From positions 82,212,001 through 82,276,000 of the forward strand of contig NC_135655.1 in assembly GCF_964188315.1 (NCBI RefSeq): DNA of 64,000 nt, in the 5' to 3' direction. This stretch comes from Podarcis muralis. Taxonomy: Eukaryota. Below the pieces are notes generated by a model that worked only from the letters and a program-made list of their open reading frames with translations, searched no databases and was not told the DNA's origin. The position numbers and the translations under genes are program-made. Each line of letters begins with the position of its first letter. Position 1 is the stretch's first letter. Shown one piece after another: positions 1-11,700 of the stretch.

Positions 1-68
1 TGTTTATCTTGCCAATAAAGAGTTAACTATCAGATGTGCGTCTTCTTTATCTGGGATGGGCCGTGATG
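1..68 (+). mobile_element. 3' end of LTR-like element (same element as 4984-5552)
   Basis: Identical to 5485-5552; contains AATAAA at 14-19 and the terminal GGGCCGTGATG. Confidence 0.45.
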
Positions 69-266
69 TCAGCTATGGGACAGGTAAAAATGCAGCTTCC
101 TGTTGAAAACAGAATTTGCGGATGCTGCCAACAAGGTGATTGGCAGTGCTTGCAACCCTCCGATCCCTTTCCAACATCGTTTGATTTCATAGCCTGTGGG
201 CAAAGGATACAGGGTTTGTAGGCACCAGCAAGCAATTGATCAGCAGAATTCTGCAAACTCCTGTTC

Positions 267-749
267 TGTCAGGAACGCTCCTTCCAGGAGCAACAGCGGG
301 GCTCCGATGACGAAGGGGGGTGGCGGCAGGGAAAAAGAGATAGAGGCTTGCCTTCTTCCCATATGGGGGGTGAGGTGAGTCCCTACAATCCTGGAATGCG
401 TGTCGTAAACTCCCAAGACAGCGTGAGGCAGGTAGAGGAGCCGCAGATCTCAGACACATTCTCAGGGGAGGAGGGGCAAACTGGGAAAGCGGCTCCATAG
501 TCTCCTGTTACTAGGAGGAAGGGTAGAGTCCAGGCTTGGCGTCAGGCCAACAGTAGGAGGGGGTAGCCGATGGAGGATAGCCTGTTAGCAGAGTCCACCC
601 TTCAGTGGGTGCAACTGACTCATTGAGTGCGGAAGACTGAGCTGTGTGCTCGGACTGAAACTATTGTGTAAATACTAAGAAATTAATAGAGTAATAAAGT
701 CGCCAGCCTACCATCTCTTGGTGTGAGAGGGAGATCATAAACCCTGACA
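267..749 (+). mobile_element. Solo LTR (483 bp), LTR retrotransposon/ERV
   Basis: TGTCAGG...CCTGACA inverted termini; perfect 5-bp TSD TGTTC (262-266, 750-754); AATAAA at 693-698. Confidence 0.85.
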
Positions 750-1099
750 TGTTCCTTTGCTTGCATAGTTTAACTGAGGTCTTAGAGAGCTGCAGCCTAG
801 CATTGAAAAGCCTCCTATCACAAGTCAGCCCCAGCCCCGCAGCCCCAGTAGTGGCACTATGAACGAGGCCTCACCTGCTGGTTGTAGAGTCAACTCAAGA
901 ACAAAAGGTAGCTACAATGACTGCAGAATTCAGGTCTTCTCTCATACATTAAAGAGGAGGTTCCCACCCCTCTGGGTTTATAAACATAAAACATGCACTT
1001 TTCTGATACCAATGCAGATGAAGTCCATCATTGTTCCTATTGTTGTTAGAACCGTTTTTCTGGGGGAAGGGAGAGTTAGAGTTGTGCAGCCTTTGCCAA

Positions 1100-1215
1100 C
1101 CTGGTGACCTTTATAAGTTGTTGGACTTTATTGCCTGTCATCCCTGACCAACTGCCACTCTGTCTAGGGCTGATGGAAGCTGTTGTCCAGCAACATATAG
1201 AGGGCACTACTATTG
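1100..1215. mobile_element. Degenerate hAT-type MITE fragment (copies at +5483 and +10951)
   Basis: Resembles the 'ggactacaactcccatcatccctg...gatgggagttgtagtcc' family also seen at 16420, 48820, 52440 and 60510. Confidence 0.45.
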
Positions 1216-2301
1216 CTCTAGTATTCTATAGCATCTCTCAGTGGCTGCAGTGGATGCATGTGGTGTCCTTACCTCCCAGTCCATCATAAAGGACCTCCTA
1301 GCAGCAATTACTCGAAATAAAAGTAACTGCAGATGAAGCTGAGACCTCTCTCAGCCTCCCATCTGTCCAGCTTCCTCCCACTCTTGCCTGAATCCCTGTG
1401 CTTGCTTGCCACTGTATGACCACAACCAAAATCTTCCTTTCTCCTGATTTCTGCACTATTTTACTCTCCTTCCTAGCTGCCATCTCCTCTGAGGAAGCAT
1501 TTTGGTTTGGATTTGCTTACTGCCCTCTCTCCTGCTCTCTTTCTTCCCCACATAGCTATCATGTCTCTTTATGCAGCTGAGGGTATGGATGGGTAAATCT
1601 GTTAGCTTTGCTTTCTCTCAGTTTCTCATATTTTCCCAATCTCAAGCTGCACACATTTCCACATCCGTTTACGGGGTCGTTGTTTGTTCTTAGGAAAGTT
1701 CCTCAGCATTGCATAGCAAATTTCTCCTAATAAATTTATTCTTGCCCACAATGTTGCCTGATATAAAGTATGCTTTATTTTTATTCCCGTTGATTTATGC
1801 ATTCATATGCACATTTTCCCCTAGTTTGTGAATATTACTTGACTGGGGATGTGCATTGCAAAATTCAGAGAAGTCTGAATTTTGACCGATGGAATTTTAT
1901 TGGTTCACATTGCTCCAGAAAGTGGAAACTAGGTACGTTCACCTTTAAATGTGCACTGAATCACATCTCTCCCTCATCATAGGCTGTGGGAGGTAAGAGT
2001 GCATTGAGTGGTAAGCTGCTACTGCATAGTTCTGCTATAGGCTTGCCTGTGTTTACTTCTGGTTGGGCTGCCCAGAATGCAGAGCAGAAGTCAGTGGCAG
2101 CCTAGCTGGTGCCTCATACTTGTGAAATTGCAAAAGCCACAGGAAACCTTTGGAGGAGGCCATAGAATCCCAGTTCTCTTGGGTTACTTTGTATAGCATT
2201 TTGTATTTTTGAGAGTAGAGTCTTAACAACACTCACAATGTACTAGGCAGATTGCATTCTAGTGGTGATTTCCATGAAAATATCTGATAACATCAAGCGT
2301 T

Positions 2302-2303
<2 letters not shown>

Positions 2304-2351
<48 letters not shown>
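2304..2351. repeat. (GTT)16 microsatellite
   Basis: Direct read; the paralogous copies have 11 and 14 units. Confidence 0.98.
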
Positions 2352-3100
2352 ATATTTATAACCAACCTGTCAACCCAAAGATACCCAGGACAGTAAACAA
2401 ACAATTCATTAGACTACAACACAACAATATGACATAAAAACCTTGGAACATTAATCCTATTCAGAATATAAATGGATATGACTATCATAGCTGATAAATT
2501 TCAGTGGGTCTACTGTGGGTATAAGCTAGTTGGATACAACCCGATGGTGAGAATTAGTGTTATAAAATAGCAAACCAGCTGTTTTCATGATGACACATTT
2601 TTAAAGAAGATGGTGGAATCTTCCTGTTATGTATGCTAGGAGGTGCTGTATTTGAATGTAATGCTTTTTGGACCCTTGAGCTCCTGTGCTTTTCATGGTG
2701 CAGTACTCCAAGGGGAATTTCTTCTTTTAGTCTTGTCTTGTAGAAAGAAAGGGACACTTCCTTCTGATATCTTCCTTATATCCCAACACAACACTTCCCA
2801 TCTCTCCCATTGAGGTGGTCTGATGGAATGCCTGCGTTCAGGTGATCCTTCAAACTTGTTAAATTGCAGAGTCCACATGATATTTCAGTCAACCTCATTC
2901 AGCACAAATGATTTTGAAATTGCAAATGACATTGCTCAATGAATGTCAGACAATAACTCTGTGGTTGAATTCCTTCATTTTCTGGTTCTCTAGCTAGTAG
3001 GAAATTGATGATCAGCTATAAGGGAAACGAAATCGTTCTGAAACCTACAAGTCAAGTTCCTATGGAACCAGTTCACAAAAAAATAATAATCAGTAATAAT

Positions 3101-3446
3101 CAGATAAGAATGGATTCTTATCTCATTATACATGACAAAGCCATTTTTCACCTTCTCACCCCTTGCTTTTTCCTGTAAGACCTACTGCAGTCGTTAAGAG
3201 TCGTCAACAGGCTCATCACAGCTATCTGCCAATCACCCATTCCCACCACCCTTCTGAGTAATACCCCTCCCCACCTTCTCACTATATAGAAGGATCTGGC
3301 AACTTCTGTTTCAGAGTATCTGAAGAAGTGTGCATGCACACGAAAGCTCATACCAAGAACTAACTTAGTTGGTCTTTAAGGTGCTACTGGAAAGAATTTT
3401 TTTTTGTTTTGACTATGGCAGACCAACACGGCTACCTATCTGTAAC
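3101..3446 (+). mobile_element. 5'-truncated Penelope-like retroelement 3' end
   Basis: 10-bp TSD CAGTAATAAT (3091-3100, 3447-3456); the site is empty in unit 3 (~14035). Encodes DKNGFLSHYT* (3103-3135), typical of a Penelope ORF C-terminus. Carries a hammerhead motif and a 'gaccaacacggctacc' tail. Confidence 0.85.
3316..3353 (+). ncRNA. Minimal type I hammerhead ribozyme motif (Penelope-borne)
   Basis: GUAU(stem I)-CUGAAGA-A-GUGUGCAUGCACAC(self-complementary stem II)-GAAA-GC-UC-AUAC(stem I'). Stem III is the palindrome AGCU. There is one extra A before stem II. Confidence 0.7.
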
Positions 3447-3464
3447 CAGTAATAATACTGCATT

Positions 3465-4403
3465 TTAGTTTAAGACAGAGTTCAGCTTCTTGTTAATGAG
3501 TTTTCTGAAAGCTTCCTTAACATCTTTGTTCCTTAAGCTGTAGATCAGAGGATTGAGCATGGGGATCACTACTGTGTAGAACACAGAAGCACATTTGTCT
3601 TGATCCAAGGCATACAAAGAGGTGGGCCGGAGATACATGAAAATCTGAGTCCCATAAAATAAAGTGACCCCTGTGAAGTGGGACCCACAGGTGGAGAAGG
3701 CTTTGAGCCTCCCTGAGGGCATTCTCAGGACGGCTGCTAAAATGAAGATGTAAGAGAGAAGGATGATGGAGAGGGAGCTCATCGCAACAAAGCCAACAAA
3801 TGCAAAAAGCAAAATCTCATTAATGTGGGTGTCAGAACAAGCGATTGCCAGCAGTGGAGGGACATCACAGAAGAAATGGTTGATGAGGTTGGAACTGCAG
3901 AACTGCAGGCTGAAGGTGGCTGTTGTGTGTATTATGGCACTAGTTGTGCCAGCAATGTATGACCCAAGCAGGAGCCAGATGCAGAGGGACTTGGACATGG
4001 CAGTCGAATAGAGCAATGGGTTGCAGATGGCCACATAGCGGTCATAGGCCATCACTGCTAAAATGTAGCACTCGGCATCTGCAAAGGCAGCACTGAAGTA
4101 GAACTGGGCAGTGCATTCAGGGAAGGAGATGGTCCTGCTCTCAGATAACAAGTCAGACAGCATTCTGGGGGCAATGGCAGATGAGTAGCAGATGTCACAG
4201 AAGGACAGGTGCCAGAGGAAGAAGTACATAGGATTGTGAAGGTGGGAATCAAGTGTGATCAAGATGATCATGCCCAGGTTTCCCACAACACTGACCAGAT
4301 AGATGAACAGGAATACCACAAAGAATAAGACTTTCATACCTGGATCGTTTGAGATGCCCTGGAGGATGAACTCGGTGATGGTGGTACTGTTTTCATTCAC
4401 CAT
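3465..4403 (-). CDS. Olfactory receptor, class II, OR5AR-like (allele A, copy 1), 312 aa
   Basis: N-glycosylation site [49 protein letters not shown]; single intact exon. Confidence 0.98.
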   Translation of the reverse strand: MVNENSTTITEFILQGISNDPGMKVLFFVVFLFIYLVSVVGNLGMIILITLDSHLHNPMYFFLWHLSFCDICYSSAIAPRMLSDLLSESRTISFPECTAQFYFSAAFADAECYILAVMAYDRYVAICNPLLYSTAMSKSLCIWLLLGSYIAGTTSAIIHTTATFSLQFCSSNLINHFFCDVPPLLAIACSDTHINEILLFAFVGFVAMSSLSIILLSYIFILAAVLRMPSGRLKAFSTCGSHFTGVTLFYGTQIFMYLRPTSLYALDQDKCASVFYTVVIPMLNPLIYSLRNKDVKEAFRKLINKKLNSVLN

Positions 4404-4983
4404 TTTTAGGAAAAGATACAGAGGTCTGAGGAAATGTAGGAAATGTGGATGGCAGGGTTGTTTTAAATATTAATTAGTCTATGAGATATAAAAGTTTTCT
4501 TGGGTCCCAGTTGCTCTGTGAGGCTGATGATGACATAGCTGCGTCTCACCAAGGCTTCTTTTAGAAGATCCAGAGTTCCTGAGTGATGCTCCCCTTTGTC
4601 TTTTCCTTGAACCTTTCTACGGGTGGGAGAGATGAACTCTGACGTTTTGATCATTGGTTAAGTCAGCATCCTACTGATCCCTGTAAACTCCTGGGTGTCT
4701 ATTTATTGTGCATTGAGTTTCCTACCTCCTAAAAATGATGTGATAATTGAAGAGTAGGAATGGCGGAGGCCGGGAGCTCTGTCCCCAGAGGATTTCTGAT
4801 CTCTGATTCCCTCATCAGGAGACATATCTTTGTGGAGCTTTCAAGGGTATAGGCATCCCATGCAATTTGCTTTCTCATTGTGTTCCCTGTCATTTCCCCT
4901 CCCCTCCTGCACAAGAAAATACATGGCACCCATTTCCCTTGCTTTCTGGCAGGGTTTCTCAGGCAATGGGACTAATTGTGGTT

Positions 4984-5552
4984 TGTCAGGGGCCCTCATT
5001 TTCCTTCCTGCACCTGACATCATCAATGCTCTCAAGGGCTGGCAGGACTCTGAAGGGTGTGCAGTGGAGGCAAGTGACCAGGGGAGTTATCCAGGCAAGG
5101 GGACCATTGAATTATGGGTCCTGACACTGCCTACAAGGCAGGAGCCAAGGGACGAGTGTCAGGTCAGAGTGGGATGGAGGAAGGCGCACCAGACGGGGCA
5201 GCAGCAGAAGAGGCTATTCAGTCGGCAGATGGTTCAATAGACTTCCCACCTTCCTCTGCCCGCTGTCTCCTACATCCAGGAGGGGCTTGAAGTGGGAAGG
5301 GCAGTGGCACCTTCCATACCGGTAGAGGTCTCTGGCTACTGCAGCACAACCCACCAGGGGAGGACATATAAGCAGGTGGAGAGGTGGAATTTAACTGTTG
5401 CTGCAACTGCTCCATAGGTTCCAGACATTTAGGATCCTATAGGCTAGAGGAGTATATTTGTGTGTGTATCTAGAGCACTGTAAGTGTTTATCTTGCCAAT
5501 AAAGAGTTAACTATCAGATGTGCGTCTTCTTTATCTGGGATGGGCCGTGATG
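4984..5552 (+). mobile_element. LTR-like element
   Basis: Starts TGTCAGGGGCCC and ends in a degenerate inverse (GGGCCGTGATG). TATA-like CATATAAG at ~5365 and AATAAA at ~5498. No clear TSD. Confidence 0.5.
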
Positions 5553-5749
5553 TCAGCTATGGGACAGGTAAAAATGCAGCTTCCTGTTGAAAGCAGAATT
5601 TGCAGATGCTGCCAATCAGGTGATTGGCAGTGCTTGCAACCCTCCGATCCCTTTCCAACATCGATTGATTTCATAACCTGTGGGCAAAGGATACAGGGTT
5701 TGTAGGCACCAGCAAGCAATTGATCAGCAGAATTCTGCAACTCCTGTTC

Positions 5750-6232
5750 TGTCAGGAACGCTCCTTCCAGGAGCAACAGCGGGGCTCCGATGACGAAGGG
5801 GGGTGGCGGCAGGGAAAAAGAGATAGAGGCTTCCCTTCTTCCCATATGGGGGGTGAGGTGAGTCCCTACAATCCTGGAATGCGTGTCGTAAACTCCCAAG
5901 ACAGCGTGAGGCAGGTAGAGGAGCCGCAGATCTCAGACACATTCTCAGGGGAGGAGGGGCAAACTGGGAAAGCGGCTCCATAGTCTCCTGTTACTAGGAG
6001 GAAGGGTAGAGTCCAGGCTTGGCGTCAGGCCAACAGTAGGAGGGGGTAGCCGATGGAGGATAGCCTGTTAGCAGAGTCCACCCTTCAGTGGGTGCAACTG
6101 ACTCATTGAGTGCGGAAGACTGAGCTGTGTGCTCGGACTGAAACTATTGTGTAAATACTAAGAAATTAATAGAGTAATAAAGTCGCCAGCCTACCATCTC
6201 TTGGTGTGAGAGGGAGATCATAAACCCTGACA
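5750..6232 (+). mobile_element. Solo LTR, copy 2
   Basis: Same termini and TGTTC TSD as 267-749. Confidence 0.85.
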
Positions 6233-7784
6233 TGTTCCTTTGCTTGCATAGTTTAACTGAGGTCTTAGAGAGCTGCAGCCTAGCATTGAAAAGCCTCCTA
6301 TCACAAGTCAGCCCCAGCCCCGCAGCCCCAGTAGTGGCACTATGAACGAGGCCTCACCTGCTGGTTGTAGAGTCAACTCAAGAACAAAAGGTAGCTACAA
6401 TGACTGCAGAATTCAGGTCTTCTCTCATACATTAAAGAGGAGGTTCCCACCCCTCTGGGTTTATAAACATAAAACATGCACTTTTCTGATACCAATGCAG
6501 ATGAAGTCCATCATTGTTCCTATTGTTGTTAGAACCGTTTTTCTGGGGGAAGGGAGAGTTAGAGTTGTGCAGCCTTTGCCAACCTGGTGACCTTTATAAG
6601 TTGTTGGACTTTATTGCCTGTCATCCCTGACCAACTGCCACTCTGTCTAGGGCTGATGGAAGCTGTTGTCCAGCAACATATAGAGGGCACTACTATTGCT
6701 CTAGTATTCTATAGCATCTCTCAGTGGCTGCAGTGGATGCATGTGGTGTCCTTACCTCCCAGTCCATCATAAAGGACCTCCTAGCAGCAATTACTCGAAA
6801 TAAAAGTAACTGCAGATGAAGCTGAGACCTCTCTCAGCCTCCCATCTGTCCAGCTTCCTCCCACTCTTGCCTGAATCCCTGTGCTTGCTTGCCACTGTAT
6901 GACCACAACCAAAATCTTCCTTTCTCCTGATTTCTGCACTATTTTACTCTCCTTCCTAGCTGCCATCTCCTCTGAGGAAGCATTTTGGTTTGGATTTGCT
7001 TACTGCCCTCTCTCCTGCTCTCTTTCTTCCCCACATAGCTATCATGTCTCTTTATGCAGCTGAGGGTATGGATGGGTAAATCTGTTAGCTTTGCTTTCTC
7101 TCAGTTTCTCATATTTTCCCAATCTCAAGCTGCACACATTTCCACATCCGTTTACGGGGTCGTTGTTTGTTCTTAGGAAAGTTCCTCAGCATTGCATAGC
7201 AAATTTCTCCTAATAAATTTATTCTTGCCCACAATGTTGCCTGATATAAAGTATGCTTTATTTTTATTCCCGTTGATTTATGCATTCATATGCACATTTT
7301 CCCCTAGTTTGTGAATATTACTTGACTGGGGATGTGCATTGCAAAATTCAGAGAAGTCTGAATTTTGACCGATGGAATTTTATTGGTTCACATTGCTCCA
7401 GAAAGTGGAAACTAGGTACGTTCACCTTTAAATGTGCACTGAATCACATCTCTCCCTCATCATAGGCTGTGGGAGGTAAGAGTGCATTGAGTGGTAAGCT
7501 GCTACTGCATAGTTCTGCTATAGGCTTGCCTGTGTTTACTTCTGGTTGGGCTGCCCAGAATGCAGAGCAGAAGTCAGTGGCAGCCTAGCTGGTGCCTCAT
7601 ACTTGTGAAATTGCAAAAGCCACAGGAAACCTTTGGAGGAGGCCATAGAATCCCAGTTCTCTTGGGTTACTTTGTATAGCATTTTGTATTTTTGAGAGTA
7701 GAGTCTTAACAACACTCACAATGTACTAGGCAGATTGCATTCTAGTGGTGATTTCCATGAAAATATCTGATAACATCAAGCGTT

Positions 7785-7786
<2 letters not shown>

Positions 7787-7819
<33 letters not shown>
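7787..7819. repeat. (GTT)11 microsatellite
   Basis: Direct read. Confidence 0.98.
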
Positions 7820-8568
7820 ATATTTATAACCAACCTGTCAACCCAAAGATACCCAGGACAGTAAACAAACAATTCATTAGACTACAACACAACAATATGA
7901 CATAAAAACCTTGGAACATTAATCCTATTCAGAATATAAATGGATATGACTATCATAGCTGATAAATTTCAGTGGGTCTACTCTGGGTATAAGCTAGTTG
8001 GATACAACCCGATGGTGAGAATTAGTGTTATAAAATAGCAAACCAGCTGTTTTCATGATGACACATTTTTAAAGAAGATGGTGGAATCTTCCTGTTATGT
8101 ATGCTAGGAGGTGCTGTATTTGAATGTAATGCTTTTTGGACCCTTGAGCTCCTGTGCTTTTCATGGTGCAGTACTCCAAGGGGAATTTCTTCTTTTAGTC
8201 TTGTCTTGTAGAAAGAAAGGGACACTTCCTTCTGATATCTTCCTTATATCCCAACACAACACTTCCCATCTCTCCCATTGAGGTGGTCTGATGGAATGCC
8301 TGCGTTCAGGTGATCCTTCAAACTTGTTAAATTGCAGAGTCCACATGATATTTCAGTCAACCTCATTCAGCACAAATGATTTTGAAATTGCAAATGACAT
8401 TGCTCAATGAATGTCAGACAATAACTCTGTGGTTGAATTCCTTCATTTTCTGGTTCTCTAGCTAGTAGGAAATTGATGATCAGCTATAAGGGAAACGAAA
8501 TCGTTCTGAAACCTACAAGTCAAGTTCCTATGGAACCAGTTCACAAAAAAATAATAATCAGTAATAAT

Positions 8569-8914
8569 CAGATAAGAATGGATTCTTATCTCATTATACA
8601 TGACAAAGCCATTTTTCACCTTCTCACCCCTTGCTTTTTCCTGTAAGACCTACTGCAGTCGTTAAGAGTCGTCAACAGGCTCATCACAGCTATCTGCCAA
8701 TCACCCATTCCCACCACCCTTCTGAGTAATACCCCTCCCCACCTTCTCACTATATAGAAGGATCTGGCAACTTCTGTTTCAGAGTATCTGAAGAAGTGTG
8801 CATGCACACGAAAGCTCATACCAAGAACTAACTTAGTTGGTCTTTAAGGTGCTACTGGAAAGAATTTTTTTTTGTTTTGACTATGGCAGACCAACACGGC
8901 TACCTATCTGTAAC
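8569..8914 (+). mobile_element. Penelope-like 3' end, copy 2
   Basis: Duplicate of 3101-3446 with the same CAGTAATAAT TSD. Confidence 0.85.
8784..8821 (+). ncRNA. Hammerhead ribozyme motif, copy 2
   Basis: Identical to 3316-3353. Confidence 0.7.
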
Positions 8915-8932
8915 CAGTAATAATACTGCATT

Positions 8933-9871
8933 TTAGTTTAAGACAGAGTTCAGCTTCTTGTTAATGAGTTTTCTGAAAGCTTCCTTAACATCTTTGTTCC
9001 TTAAGCTGTAGATCAGAGGATTGAGCATGGGGATCACTACTGTGTAGAACACAGAAGCACATTTGTCTTGATCCAAGGCATACAAAGAGGTGGGCCGGAG
9101 ATACATGAAAATCTGAGTCCCATAAAATAAAGTGACCCCTGTGAAGTGGGACCCACAGGTGGAGAAGGCTTTGAGCCTCCCTGAGGGCATTCTCAGGACG
9201 GCTGCTAAAATGAAGATGTAAGAGAGAAGGATGATGGAGAGGGAGCTCATCGCAACAAAGCCAACAAATGCAAAAAGCAAAATCTCATTAATGTGGGTGT
9301 CAGAACAAGCGATTGCCAGCAGTGGAGGGACATCACAGAAGAAATGGTTGATGAGGTTGGAACTGCAGAACTGCAGGCTGAAGGTGGCTGTTGTGTGTAT
9401 TATGGCACTAGTTGTGCCAGCAATGTATGACCCAAGCAGGAGCCAGATGCAGAGGGACTTGGACATGGCAGTCGAATAGAGCAATGGGTTGCAGATGGCC
9501 ACATAGCGGTCATAGGCCATCACTGCTAAAATGTAGCACTCGGCATCTGCAAAGGCAGCACTGAAGTAGAACTGGGCAGTGCATTCAGGGAAGGAGATGG
9601 TCCTGCTCTCAGATAACAAGTCAGACAGCATTCTGGGGGCAATGGCAGATGAGTAGCAGATGTCACAGAAGGACAGGTGCCAGAGGAAGAAGTACATAGG
9701 ATTGTGAAGGTGGGAATCAAGTGTGATCAAGATGATCATGCCCAGGTTTCCCACAACACTGACCAGATAGATGAACAGGAATACCACAAAGAATAAGACT
9801 TTCATACCTGGATCGTTTGAGATGCCCTGGAGGATGAACTCGGTGATGGTGGTACTGTTTTCATTCACCAT
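8933..9871 (-). CDS. Olfactory receptor OR5AR-like (allele A, copy 2), 312 aa
   Basis: Translation identical to 3465-4403. Confidence 0.98.
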   Translation of the reverse strand: MVNENSTTITEFILQGISNDPGMKVLFFVVFLFIYLVSVVGNLGMIILITLDSHLHNPMYFFLWHLSFCDICYSSAIAPRMLSDLLSESRTISFPECTAQFYFSAAFADAECYILAVMAYDRYVAICNPLLYSTAMSKSLCIWLLLGSYIAGTTSAIIHTTATFSLQFCSSNLINHFFCDVPPLLAIACSDTHINEILLFAFVGFVAMSSLSIILLSYIFILAAVLRMPSGRLKAFSTCGSHFTGVTLFYGTQIFMYLRPTSLYALDQDKCASVFYTVVIPMLNPLIYSLRNKDVKEAFRKLINKKLNSVLN

Positions 9872-10451
9872 TTTTAGGAAAAGATACAGAGGTCTGAGGA
9901 AATGTAGGAAATGTGGATGGCAGGGTTGTTTTAAATATTAATTAGTCTATGAGATATAAAAGTTTTCTTGGGTCCCAGTTGCTCTGTGAGGCTGATGATG
10001 ACATAGCTGCGTCTCACCAAGGCTTCTTTTAGAAGATCCAGAGTTCCTGAGTGATGCTCCCCTTTGTCTTTTCCTTGAACCTTTCTACGGGTGGGAGAGA
10101 TGAACTCTGACGTTTTGATCATTGGTTAAGTCAGCATCCTACTGATCCCTGTAAACTCCTGGGTGTCTATTTATTGTGCATTGAGTTTCCTACCTCCTAA
10201 AAATGATGTGATAATTGAAGAGTAGGAATGGCGGAGGCCGGGAGCTCTGTCCCCAGAGGATTTCTGATCTCTGATTCCCTCATCAGGAGACATATCTTTG
10301 TGGAGCTTTCAAGGGTATAGGCATCCCATGCAATTTGCTTTCTCATTGTGTTCCCTGTCATTTCCCCTCCCCTCCTGCACAAGAAAATACATGGCACCCA
10401 TTTCCCTTGCTTTCTGGCAGGGTTTCTCAGGCAATGGGACTAATTGTGGTT

Positions 10452-11020
10452 TGTCAGGGGCCCTCATTTTCCTTCCTGCACCTGACATCATCAATGCTCT
10501 CAAGGGCTGGCAGGACTCTGAAGGGTGTGCAGTGGAGGCAAGTGACCAGGGGAGTTATCCAGGCAAGGGGACCATTGAATTATGGGTCCTGACACTGCCT
10601 ACAAGGCAGGAGCCAAGGGACGAGTGTCAGGTCAGAGTGGGATGGAGGAAGGCGCACCAGACGGGGCAGCAGCAGAAGAGGCTATTCAGTCGGCAGATGG
10701 TTCAATAGACTTCCCACCTTCCTCTGCCCGCTGTCTCCTACATCCAGGAGGGGCTTGAAGTGGGAAGGGCAGTGGCACCTTCCATACCGGTAGAGGTCTC
10801 TGGCTACTGCAGCACAACCCACCAGGGGAGGACATATAAGCAGGTGGAGAGGTGGAATTTAACTGTTGCTGCAACTGCTCCATAGGTTCCAGACATTTAG
10901 GATCCTATAGGCTAGAGGAGTATATTTGTGTGTGTATCTAGAGCACTGTAAGTGTTTATCTTGCCAATAAAGAGTTAACTATCAGATGTGCGTCTTCTTT
11001 ATCTGGGATGGGCCGTGATG
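10452..11020 (+). mobile_element. LTR-like element, copy 2
   Basis: Duplicate of 4984-5552. Confidence 0.5.
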
Positions 11021-11217
11021 TCAGCTATGGGACAGGTAAAAATGCAGCTTCCTGTTGAAAGCAGAATTTGCAGATGCTGCCAATCAGGTGATTGGCAGTG
11101 CTTGCAACCCTCCGATCCCTTTCCAACATCGATTGATTTCATAACCTGTGGGCAAAGGATACAGGGTTTGTAGGCACCAGCAAGCAATTGATCAGCAGAA
11201 TTCTGCAACTCCTGTTC

Positions 11218-11700
11218 TGTCAGGAACGCTCCTTCCAGGAGCAACAGCGGGGCTCCGATGACGAAGGGGGGTGGCGGCAGGGAAAAAGAGATAGAGGCTT
11301 CCCTTCTTCCCATATGGGGGGTGAGGTGAGTCCCTACAATCCTGGAATGCGTGTCGTAAACTCCCAAGACAGCGTGAGGCAGGTAGAGGAGCCGCAGATC
11401 TCAGACACATTCTCAGGGGAGGAGGGGCAAACTGGGAAAGCGGCTCCATAGTCTCCTGTTACTAGGAGGAAGGGTAGAGTCCAGGCTTGGCGTCAGGCCA
11501 ACAGTAGGAGGGGGTAGCCGATGGAGGATAGCCTGTTAGCAGAGTCCACCCTTCAGTGGGTGCAACTGACTCATTGAGTGCGGAAGACTGAGCTGTGTGC
11601 TCGGACTGAAACTATTGTGTAAATACTAAGAAATTAATAGAGTAATAAAGTCGCCAGCCTACCATCTCTTGGTGTGAGAGGGAGATCATAAACCCTGACA
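11218..11700 (+). mobile_element. Solo LTR, copy 3
   Basis: Same termini and TSD as 267-749. Confidence 0.85.

Noticed and set aside
859-2878. Small ORFs conserved in all three tandem units
   Set aside because: The conservation simply reflects recent duplication; 60-80 aa long, with no recognisable domain.
3763-4252. Short ORFs overlapping OR CDSs (also 9231, 14350, 17790, 23474, 29033, 36184, 42543, 54447, 58777, 58919)
   Set aside because: Antisense or alternate-frame by-products of OR codon usage; no independent motifs.
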